Assembly: GCA_051362555.1 (NCBI GenBank) | Contig: CM120645.1 | Coordinates: 806,001 to 870,000 of the forward strand | From: Lingula anatina | Lineage: Eukaryota > Animalia > Brachiopoda | DNA: 64,000 nt | Direction of reading: 5' to 3' | Shown here: positions 53,360 to 64,000 of the stretch, piece by piece | Layout: every line of letters starts with the position of its first letter | How positions within the stretch are numbered: position 1 is the stretch's first letter | The notes under the pieces: model-generated | What the model was told of the DNA's origin: nothing | The model's input: only the letters and a program-made list of their open reading frames with translations | The model's database searches: none | Made by a program: the position numbers and the translations under genes

Positions 53360-56129
53360 TGATTAATGACTGGTTATATAAACAAAAATGAATACCCAGA
53401 CAATGCAGTAATAAGAAATGTCAACTCAGCAAGTGAGTATTTCCAACAACGCAGCTCAGTTGTCATTTTGATCAATTATTTACTGGATCACAACCAAAAT
53501 CTGACCAATTTCAGGTCATCATGCTCCAATGAACTTACATCTAATAAATCTGACAGGTCATCCACAGAATATTTGTGTAAAGCTGCATTAGCAGCGTCTA
53601 TGGTGAGAAGGTATTCATTTCTGGACTTTAGTGCCTTCAGCTTGTTTTCTTGATACTTATTTTGCCTCTGAAAAAAAATATGTACATGAATGCTTATCTT
53701 AGTAAATATGTAAAGACCCAGAAATAGTATATTATAAATAATGCCCATTTCTTTAAATATTTCATGTATTCAAAAGTATCAGTTTAGACATAAAATGCAC
53801 TTTAAGATGAAGCTTTCATTCAGATTCAATGAAACCGTCCTTGTAACAATTTTTTGTCATTAAAAAAAATAAAAAAAAGACCTGACACATTATGAAACTG
53901 AAATAACATACAGGGCAGCCAGGGTTATCAAGTAAACCAACATTTCCTCCTTAATTCCTGTTACATATAGCATTTCCTACCACCATTCAAACCTTCCCAT
54001 TTCCCCTGACACTCTGACAGGTACCCTGAGGTTCAAAACTTTGACAGTGAGAGCAGAGAATGAGCTGCTACTCTGATGTGATGAAGTTATGAAGCCTTGT
54101 GTATCCAAATGCTAAGTTACTTGAACTATCAGGATTGTTTCCTACTTTTTTTAACTTTTGTTCCCAGGTATCATGCCAGAAGCAGGAGAATTTGTTGAAA
54201 CGTGGTCAGATTCTTTTCAGCATTCTTGATAAAATTTCTCAATTTCATAAGTAAGAGTAGGTGAGTGAGGCCGAGTTTGATCTATCTTTAAAAAAATACT
54301 AATAAATAAATAAATAAATAAAAATTCAAATCACCTTTTCCGCCTGTTTTTCTATGGACCTGTACTTCCTACTGGGGAGCCCACTCTTCCCAGCATGCTG
54401 TTCAACCTTCACTTTTTGACTCTCCGCCGTCTTCAGTTTGTTCTCCGCCTGTTTACTTTCATTGTAGTAAATGTGGTAGGTTTTCATTGCCTGTCAGAGA
54501 AAAAAAAAGCAATTCTGTTAGAGGACACAGTGGATTGCGTTTGGTGAGACTAAATTGCTGGGTGTGATGGTGAAACGTGTTTGGTGAGACAAAGAATTGT
54601 GCTGGGTTGGATGGTGAATTGTGTTAGGTGAGATGTTGACAGTTATTCATCAAGGTTTACTTAGCAATGCTTTAATCCAGATTAGAAGTCCATCTCCATG
54701 GTAAGACCTCAAAACCTGTGGTTGTTTGACATATTTTGCAGAAAATTATTCACAAACCTTTACACAGGAATTGAAGAATACTACCAAATCATTCTGTAAG
54801 CATAATTATTTTCAACAATTTTTTTCATGTTAACCATCAAATTAGGAGTAAAAAGTATTAAAAAATTTAAATATTCAAAATTTAAAATTGAAAACAAATT
54901 AATTTTATCAAAAAACTGCAGAACATGGCACAAGTATTAACTTACAGTTTGTAGTTTGTTCAGCATACTAAGGATTTCTTCGTGACTGTCAACTCCAATA
55001 TCTCGGTACTAGAAGAAAAAACAACACCAAGACATCACAAGATATCAGACTAAAATAATATTATCATAGAAAAAAATTGTTTATTTTCTGAGCTAATTTT
55101 GAGCAGAAGAACAATTTCACCAACTGACTCCCCAAAGTATCCCCCTGGACTCCCTTAAGCGTCCCCCTTTGGACTCCCCTAAGTGAACCCCTCTTGACTC
55201 TCTAAGTGTCCTTCCTAATGCCTTCTGACCTCTCCGTGCCCATACCCTGGGGCTCTCCTCACCCAGTGGTAGACAATAATTATTGACTATTCCTAACAGA
55301 CAACTGGTTACACGTAGCTTAACTGTATCAAAGTTCTCCTGAGACTAGAGAAGGACAGGAAATGGGGGATAGAGAAGTAGGAAATGCTGTGCTTTGATCT
55401 GTTGATTTGGTAATTAAATGGTTTTTAAATCTAGGGAAAAATGAAAGAAGATAGATAAGGATGGGAAGACAAAGCTAGAAGTATTTTATGCTTTGATAAA
55501 TGAATTATGGGCTAAATGTGTAAGGTGCAGTGGAAATAAATAAAATTAATTAATTAAAATAAAATCAGAAAAATGAATAACTAAATGTGCAGACCTACGA
55601 ATAAATACATAAGCCTATAAAAACAAACATATTGAATCTAAAAACAATTATTTCTGACAAATCTTTAAATTTCACAACTGGACTTGACACGTGCCATGCA
55701 TAAACCTTATCAAGTTTTGGCAGATCTGTAAAAAATGTTGAATAAAGATAAACCAAGCCACACAAGGTCACAAATATTGCATGCAGCTGAATTATAATGC
55801 CAAATTTGTTCATAAGTAAAATATATACATATGGTTAAATGATCCAAATCTTAAAGCCCCCTTTACACTGGACGGCGTCCTTTCTGCGTTCAGCAGTCCC
55901 GCCCAATTTGAGAGTTAAAAAATTATAATACTTTTCGTGCCGACAACTGGCTGATCATTGAGCATTCATTCTGATACAAAATCAATGCTTGTGCCTCCTT
56001 ATTAAGACCACAGCGTTGCCAAATTTCATGGTCGCAGAGAGGACGCAGAAAGGACGCTGTCCAGTGTAAAGGGGGTATAAGCAGCAGTGGGGTGGGGGTT
56101 GAAAAAAGGGGGGGTCTGATTGATATGTC

Positions 56130-56187
<58 letters not shown>

Positions 56188-59100
56188 TCCTGCTATTCCT
56201 TGGATCATATATCACTGTCCAATTGATTTAACAGACTGGTGACATTTTTACCCTGAAGTCTGTCTCAGGGAAAAAATTGTATGAATGTGTCTAAATGTTT
56301 GATATCATCTAATGGGAAATGTCCTGCAGGGTTTTCAACTCAACAGCTGTGGTCTGTTGAAAACAAAAAACCTCAAAAAGAACAACTCCATTCTTCCAGT
56401 ATATCCATTTAAAATTCAGCAACCTCCATAAAAACCAAAAACCCTTTTTGGGGGGGAGGGGGAGGGGACATTCAGTAAAACAAATAGGTAGTTTTTTTTT
56501 GATTTTTTGAAATTGCACAAATGGAGACAGATTTCATGTCTGCAAAAGAGTCTAACTACTAGTTTTTTAACTTCAGTTTTGAATTGAAAACAAAGAGCAC
56601 ACAGAGTCTTCATGACAGCAAGACACGCCATGTTGGTCTAACACCTGCCCTATCTCTGCCATGTGGTTACAACAAACAAATGTTGTCTGTTTTTATGGTA
56701 TCATATAAAACAAGGAACCAGTTGATTTTTTTGTGTGTGTGCTTTTGTTGGTGTCAAAGACATCCTTTGGTCTAAAGACAAAAATATGAAATCTCTCAAC
56801 AGTCGTAAATCAATCTGTTCATCAATCTGTCTGGGGCTAAATTTCCCATCCAAAATCTTAGAAATTGGATTAGCTTGTGTGATCTCTATGAGTGTCTGCA
56901 GAAAAAGATCAATGAATCCTGAAAGATGCAAAATTGCTGGAGCAAAAATCTTATCTAGTAAACCAGACAGGCTACTTATAAGGTTTCTCATAATATAGCT
57001 CTTGAAAATTGTATCCATGACGTCTATACCCTCCAACCCACCCTCTTAAATTATTTCATACAAAAAATGAGAAATATAATCAAACACCAAATATGGGCCT
57101 AGGTTTTTTAAAAAAACCTCTGAACATTTATCATAGGACCCAACACCTATTTTATTTTATTGCAGATCTTGACCATCAGAATTGAATTAAAAAAACACCA
57201 AATTATGAGTTTTCACTGAAAAAATCATGTCTGAAATATCATAATTCTCCTTCAACCAAGGGATAACATTCCCTTAAAAACTTGATTTTCTGTGGCATTT
57301 CACATAAAATTCATACACTAGTATGAGTCTAGAAGGTTTGGCTTATCTCATGTCATCCACATGAATGGCATCTGAAAAAGGCAATCAATACTTAAAACTG
57401 AACAGATTATTTTGAACTAAGGAGATTCGGCAGCTGTGATTAAACATTCCATCTAAAACAGGCAGCAGTAGGGTTAATACAATGGGGATTTGAAGGGGGT
57501 GGGGTGGGGTGGGGTGGGGTTTGATGAGGGGGGGGAGGGGGCATGTGCCTACCCATTGGCTTCTAGGATACCTTCTTCTCCCTCCACAAAAAAAAAAAGC
57601 AAGGAACACAATCAGAAATCTCTCTACCATCTATATTCCACGGATATAATACTAAAATTGCAAAATTCTTGTAACTCCCCCCCCCCCCCCCCAAAAAAAA
57701 AAAAATCTCAATCAACCAATGTAGTCTAAGACCAGATTATAAAACCATTTGGTAAATGTCACGATGTCTCCATCTTTCTAATCAGATCTCTCTGGGATTA
57801 ATTTTATATTATGATGAACCTAAGACAAATATCACACCAGGGATATCATCTTCTCCGCAAATCTTCCTCAAAATTGCATAATGAAAGTCATCATCAGGAC
57901 TTCCTATCTTTTTTTGTTTGTTTTGTTTGTTTTGTTTTTTTTGTTAGTCCACATTTTGTGTCTTAAAAGTCCTAGTCATCTGGAAACTCTGACGAGATGT
58001 TCTCAGAAAAATATCTAACAAAAATCAAAATGATCTCATCCACAGATAAAATGTCTAAAAATAATGGGAAAATAATCTAAAACAACTGTCAAAATTCCCA
58101 CTAATTGGACTCCACTATTAAGATTGAAAAATCCATTTTTTACATGCCCAATATGATGTTAAGACTGTTAACAGACACAAAGGAAGCTTTGTGGACATGC
58201 CATTTGAAGGCCACAACCAAGAAATACTCAATAATGGATGTAAACCAAGTGAAACATTCCTCTCCTAATATCTTAAACTTATAAGGGAGGTAAAGCTTGT
58301 GAAACACTTTCCTAAAACTGCCCTAATATGGCAAAAGTCTTGTTTGGATTTATATGTCTTTGATAATCTGATACTTTGTTACAACGTCTTTGATAATCTG
58401 ATATTTTGTTACAACTTTAGGTCACAATACAAACACTAGGACTAACTTTCACTTTTACCTTCTCTGTTATACCTTTCAGGGCCTAACACCAGCTAACAAG
58501 GCCAGGAATGGGATATCCTAACAATACACAGATTCCTGGCACTATGGTCCTGACTGGGACCATAAACTGGATATTCAGTGTAAAGATGATGTGAAATATT
58601 GTTGTGTTAGAAAACACAGGGAAAATCAAATTTGGTCAGAGTAGGTATTTGATCTTTTTTAAATCAAGTTTTTGTCAAGAAGTATGTCTGTTTGTTTGGA
58701 TGTAGGCGGGGAGCCTTTTTTTCTTGTGACCTTTGACCTGTGACCTCTGACCTCTGATTCAGAAGAAAAGGCATCCTAAGTTTGATGTAAGGTAATAATA
58801 CTAAAAATCATGTGGCAATTACTTAAAAATTCTAACACCTCACCCCCTCCTATCATATTACTTGATGACATGCCCCTTTTATTTCCTCACATACAGGTCT
58901 TTCCCTCACTCAGTTACATAAATACTGTTCTGTGAAAATTAATAATTTATTTTATTCGAATATTAAGAGATTTTACCGTAATGAATTTGTTCATTGAATT
59001 TGTATTCTCTGAGTTACCTGCTACGTTTTTACTCCAAATATTTTTTTGTTTCTTCTTCTGTTGCAAGAACTGTTAAATATATCAAAATGAGGTTTATCTT

Positions 59101-60004
59101 ATGTCTAGCAGCACAAAGAATACACAAGAAAGAAATCAATTTTTCCAATTAATTTTCTGCGAATCACCACAAGATAAAGAAAGTGGTTTGAAGAGAATGG
59201 AATAAGGCTGCACCGTATGATGTGAGAAAATACTCAGCTTTCATCTATTAAGGAGGGAATGAGATTAAAGAGTAGATTTAATTGGAAAAGGAACAGTGAA
59301 TTAACTCCTTAATATGGTTTAATGATCCAGTCTTCACCATGGACTGGTCAAATTATACCCAAATACAAGAATGGTGTCCCCTGTAAATGTTAGCAAATGT
59401 TTCACCCACCTTATCAAGACCTTTGCTTCAGAAAACTGCTTTTATTACAAATGCAATCAATGCCAGTTGCATTAAAATAACAATGTATTTCTCCAAAATT
59501 AGTAGGACAATTTTTAGGTAACACAGCTGAAATAACCACAATTCTCATTACTCAACATCTAGAACAATTTCTCTCCAAAAATATGCCTTATTCTGCCACT
59601 ACACAAAAACTTTTTCTTTAAATAATTCAAGAAGATTGAAAGAAGTGATTTATTAGGAACAATTCTTTCATTCCAAGCCTAATAATCACTGGAAAAGTTC
59701 AATCTGAAAGGCATTCTGAATTCTTACAGATGATAAAAACTCAAGGTCAAAGGTCAAGGGTCAGAGGGTCAAATATCTTAAACTCCCAGAATTCCAGGAG
59801 CATTTCTCAGGTTCAGAGAGTATAATACCTGAAATACCACATGCATTCTGCACCTGCTTGGAGGATAGACCTGTGTAAAAAGACACATACTGCAGGCATG
59901 AGTGGAGTACAATGACTGATATGATCTTGACTTGACTGAGGCCACTTCATTGAGTCAACTTTATGACTTATTACCTTAGAATTGCTGACACATATCTGAG
60001 AATT

Positions 60005-60057
<53 letters not shown>

Positions 60058-61296
60058 ATGGGAAGAAAATGTGTGCATGAGAGAGAGGGAGAGAGGGCAG
60101 AGAAAGTGTGTTTGTGTGTGTGCGCATGTGAGAAAGAGAGAGAAAGAGAAAGAGAGGGAAGGGGAGAACTGGCAAATACAGAAAGTAACCCTCAGTACTC
60201 ACAGCTTTATACATCCTCTGTGCATCCTCCATAACCTCTGACAGCCTTTGTACCATGATATTCCCGTAGATGTCGCCCACTGTCCCGTGGTCCTTACTCT
60301 GCTTCTTCGTCATAGCCAAGAGATGCTGCCAGCACGTGTATGTGGAATACAGGTGCCATGACTCTCGCCTGAATGAGTGATTTGAATTTATTTTCTATTT
60401 TAAAATATTATTGGAATTTATAATTTCAAGTATTCAGTTCAAGTATTCAGTTGTGCATGGAATTTTAAAGATAGCGATAGTTTTGATTTATTCTTATGTC
60501 ATTTAATAGTCAATTGTACTTACACTATCAATAAAAACTTTTAGGTTGTACTTTCATAAAAATAACCCATATGATCTTAGCTGAACTGAATATATATAAG
60601 TCCAACTTTCTCTGGAGATATGCTACAAATCTTTGATTCCATTCTGTGTTTGAAAGTGCATGTGAACCCAACAGCCCAAACACCAGCAGAGTTTTACACA
60701 AGTGTCTGGACAACAATGAAATGCCTTAAAATTCAGGCTTTTCCAGAATGTTCTCCCGATAAGGGTTTGAAATTTATTTCATGTCTGAAGCACTAGTGAG
60801 AATATAAGTGTGATGGGGTGATTTCTCTTCAAAGTTAGATTTTTCAAGATTCTGGTGGAAAAACCATATTTCATGCGAGTGTTTTTCGAATTTTTCAAGT
60901 GTATCGACTCAATGTAATTCTTTGAACTGTATTGGAGCACGTGTCCCTGCCTGCCTGGAGTTCTGCCTTAGCCACGATTTACTAGGCAGCTGGTAGAAAC
61001 CCTTCAAAACATAAATCAGGTTCAAAAATTCAATTTGTTAATAAAAAAGGTAGGAATTTAACTGGCACGCAGCTGGTTTGATAAGCATCATATCTTTTCT
61101 TTTTTCATTTTTTTTAATTGATGACATATTTTGTGGTATTTATCCCATTTCATTGCACTCTGTGTTCTACCAGAAAGCCTCACAATAACTAGATGTCAAG
61201 ACAACCCTCTACATTTCTCTTACTTCATTTGCTCAAATTGCTTGGTATGGAAATACAGATATACCACATGATATTAACAAGAGGAGAACAAACACA

Positions 61297-61335
<39 letters not shown>

Positions 61336-62524
61336 GCTATGAGGACATTCAATACCAGACCAAAAACTAAGATAATCCATCAAATCCAACATTTCACACA
61401 ATATGAGGATTGGGTTTTGATCAACATTTATCTCAGTTATAATGGAGATAGATACTACTAAATGAAATTCAGGGGTCTGGAACTCTGAAAAACCATCTTA
61501 ACTGTCTACGTCATCTGTGAATGATTCTTGACTCATGTCAAAATATAGAAAACAGGTAAGGTACTAATGTTTCCAACAGAGAAAGGCCTTCATAGTACAT
61601 TCCTCAAATCAAACACTGAAAAGTTTGGGGTGAAAGTCAAATTATAATTTTAATCTGAGTTGTTTCATTAAGATCAGTTGGCAAATTACTTCATAAAAAT
61701 ATGTAAATTAAACTTTTAAAATTAAAAAAAAAAAAAAAAGGAATCAAATTAACAATGACAACATTACTGTGATATGGAACATCTGCCTTAGCTGACCTTG
61801 TTGGTGGTCTCTCAATTTGATCATCTCTGAACATCTACATTACATCTTTTACAGGTAAAGCAAATATTTCAATCTGTGTAAAATTAACATGGCAGGTACA
61901 GTCAGAAATCTGCTGGCATGAGATATCTCTTTATACACATTAAACCTGTCAGTTCTTATGGATATCACCCATTAAAATGTTGAGGACTGGTAGAAAATTG
62001 TGATCAGCGAGTCCATGGGATAGACAACAATTTTGAACACATTTTGAATTGAAAGCCAGTCCAACAAATTTTTCTTAAATGCCAGTCGAACTCCAGCAGC
62101 CGTGTGTGTTTTTTAAAATTTATTTAGTTTTCAGCATGCCAGTGTTTTGATGGCATTCACATGTCACATCTAACACACTGTCACATCTAACACACTGTCA
62201 CATCTAACACACTATCACACTTAACATGTTACATCTAACACATTGTCACATCTAACACATTGTCACATCTTGCCAACTATCACAACTAACACAATCCCCC
62301 ACATATTATACTCTAACTCACACCACAAACCTCCTCTCACCTCTGTTTGTCAGCCTTGTGGCGTACCATCACTTGTTTCACCAGGCGGTCCAGATTTCGG
62401 GAGTATTCCTGCTCCACCTCCGCCCTCTTCTTGAAAAAATCCTGTATCTCGGCCACCATGGCCATTTGGTTCTCCAGCCTCAAGTCCAGGCATTTTAACT
62501 GTTCATTTAATTGCTGTCTGATAT
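39314..62524 (-). CDS. SRGAP: SLIT-ROBO Rho GTPase-activating protein (srGAP family; F-BAR, RhoGAP, SH3, Pro/Ser-rich tail); 5' end incomplete in this window
   Basis: Core exons: 62524-62341 (IRQQLNEQLKCL...QDFFKKRAEVEQEYSRNL), 60368-60203, 55008-54946, 54490-54335, 53667-53539 (KLKALKSRNEYLL), 53303-53079 (KKFEFQAHKGDE), 52856-52755, 52436-52266, 51901-51792, 51360-51258 (KLFGGSIEEY), 50998-50938 (VPLIIRSCVRIINLYG), 50638-50561 (QGVFRVSGSQ, arginine finger), 50242-50108 (NSVAGVLKLYFREL), 49948-49843, 49711-49499 (ENMMDPYNLAICFGPTLL), 47372-47305, 41538-41352 (SH3, ALYDFEGRTGRELSFKKGD...WW...GLIP), 40376-39314. All are GT-AG and phase-consistent. Confidence 0.96.
44194..44229 (-). CDS. SRGAP: srGAP candidate 36-nt microexon (VQAFLNKLWTIT)
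   Basis: ctgtctctttttattctgcatgcctctcatag acceptor, CAG|gtactt donor; phase 1 to 1; open frame. Confidence 0.5.
45506..45517 (-). CDS. SRGAP: srGAP candidate 12-nt microexon (DHLL)
   Basis: ctcactgtattttctccttttctcttctgtcctgcag|ATCACTTGTTAG|gtaagg; very strong splice signals; phase 1 to 1. Confidence 0.7.
   Translation of the reverse strand: MTC
47778..47849 (-). CDS. SRGAP: srGAP candidate 72-nt cassette exon (SSENDKEQVGIEKFQSYTGMTRT)
   Basis: cag acceptor with a poor pyrimidine tract, gtgagt donor; phase 2 to 2; open frame. Confidence 0.55.
50058..50098. repeat. (GA)n microsatellite; further GA tracts at ~56135-56185 and ~60005-60160
   Basis: Seen directly. Confidence 0.95.
51600..51614 (-). 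CDS. SRGAP: srGAP candidate 15-nt microexon (SVRNST across the junctions)
   Basis: ctattctttgtcag|TGTTCGCAATTCCAC|gtgagt; phase 2 to 2; no stop codon. Confidence 0.65.
53311..53358. repeat. (AAT)n microsatellite directly upstream of an srGAP splice acceptor
   Basis: Seen directly. Confidence 0.95.
55855..56077. mobile_element. MITE (~220 bp) in an srGAP intron
   Basis: TIRs CCCCCTTTACACTGGACGGCGTCCTTTCTGCGT / ACGCAGAAAGGACGCTGTCCAGTGTAAAGGGGG, flanked by TAA. An identical solo terminus occurs at ~33443-33474. Confidence 0.8.
62160..62275. repeat. 17-bp minisatellite (TGTCACATCTAACACAC)n
   Basis: About 6 copies, in the intron just downstream of the first srGAP exon modelled here. Confidence 0.85.
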
Positions 62525-64000
62525 CTGTAAGAAATACATAGCAATATGATATAATGATATCAATCTCATTTTTCTTTCTCTCTAATGGGAATCAGCTGGG
62601 AATGCATTTGACACTTTATGAGGTCACATGAGACAAGAACACATCCTGACACCCTCCCCCCCCCCCCCCCCAGCCCTGCAACTGCTTTCTTTTTTCAATA
62701 TCTGGACATACATCTATAGACTGAAATAAAAATTGCATGAAGGTTTTTTTTTTTTTTGGGGGGGGGGGGGGGGGGAGGGGGGAGGAATTACATCTAAATG
62801 CATCATGTCAATATTCTACTTCTCGTATATTGTAAATCAATGGTCTTTCGTTTATTTATCATTTCATTATTTTTACTTTCAAATATCTTTAATTCTATCC
62901 TGGGAGTAATCTAGACTTAACCACTCAAGACCTTCTCGTTGTCCTATCTGAATGAAAATCTATGATTAATTATCGATTTGTCGGTACAATTCACTGAGAG
63001 AAAAAAAAATATCAAAGCTTTAGTCAATTCTGAAAGTAAGAAGGAAGTTTGTGCCTAGATAGCAAAGAATAATTTTTTTCTAACACCACCTTCATGACTC
63101 ACTGTGTACAACGTAACTGTGGGAAAGCATATGAATTACATGGTTCAGTTGCATCAGAAATAGTATGTGACACCATAGACTATGATGTCATGGTATGTGA
63201 ACATCGTTTAGTTTTTTGGCCTAAAAAAGTTGAAATAGTTTGTTATCCTTCATGAAATGTGCACATGCTCTTCTCACCACTCAGTCCGTCTCTTTTTGTC
63301 TCCCCCTCTCTCTCTCTCTCTCGGAATGTGAATACATTACACAGTAGTAAATTAGACTAAACATATTCATGATGTGCTACATCTTAATTTCCATTTCTAT
63401 TCCACTGAAAGCCACAAATGTGCTCTTAGCTCTAACCACAAAAACATTTCTCAAACAAAGGGCCAATTCTAATGTCATTTAAATAATAAACTAATTGCAC
63501 ATCATATAAAGGTTGCCAAGCAGCTGTTATAGTTCAAGGTCTGCAATTTCAGACTCATTTCATCCACTTTCCAGATAGAAAACAAAAGGCCTGTTTCCAC
63601 TGTTCAAATTGGTGCAACCTTGGTTCGAACATGGACTGACACAACTTGGCAACAAGACTTGCGTTTAACTTGAAAAGGAACAGGTTCACTGCATTAACCT
63701 GCACAGAGATATTTATAGATACCAAAAAGTGACACACAAAATATGATCCTACAAAATGTAAAAATAATTTGTTTTAAACCACTACCATTATAAATCTTTT
63801 TTAAAAACCACTCCAGAGTTACTTTGCTAGTACACTGGTCTGTGATTTCTGGGTTTTAAGTTGTGACCAACTTTTGAGAAAAGGAATTAATATCATAAAA
63901 CTAGCCATAGGTTACTGTGAACAGAACATCTGGACACCTACCTATCAACAGTGGCGTGTAAAATGTAAAATCCTCTTCTGAGAAAGTGCAGCGCCAGAGA

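Noticed and set aside
56701-57036. 111-aa minus-strand ORF in an srGAP intron
   Set aside because: It has a non-ATG start, no recognisable domain and no clear splice sites.
1-64000. tRNA, rRNA or snRNA genes and autonomous transposase or RT ORFs
   Set aside because: None were recognised by eye. tRNAscan-SE, Infernal and RepeatMasker runs would be needed to exclude them formally.

Overview
AT-rich, intron-rich eukaryotic (animal) genomic DNA. The repeat style suggests a lophotrochozoan, probably a mollusc; this is an inference. Three spliced protein-coding genes lie head-to-tail on the minus strand, and I reconstructed them by hand with GT-AG sites and consistent exon phases. (1) TPRA1/GPR175 (CDS ~13176 to 286) apparently has two mutually exclusive second coding exons. 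These are separated by a ~6.8 kb Helitron/Helentron-like element whose interior has expanded into a higher-order array of 146-bp monomers, nearly all carrying a perfect DR1 motif (AGGTCAAAGGTCA). (2) An uncharacterised ~1170-aa protein (22935 to 17142) has a divergent NRF1/Ewg/P3A2-type DNA-binding domain, a CxxC..H..C zinc finger and a long S/P/R-rich tail. (3) An srGAP-family F-BAR/RhoGAP/SH3 gene (62524 to 39314) has its 5' end at or beyond the window edge and several candidate frame-preserving microexons. The 27.5-38 kb interval has no convincing CDS. It contains a CRE-MEF2-CRE-TATA cluster, other promoter-like motif clusters, a second satellite-bearing HINE-like element and several MITEs. 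Most short ORFs in the supplied track are spurious.
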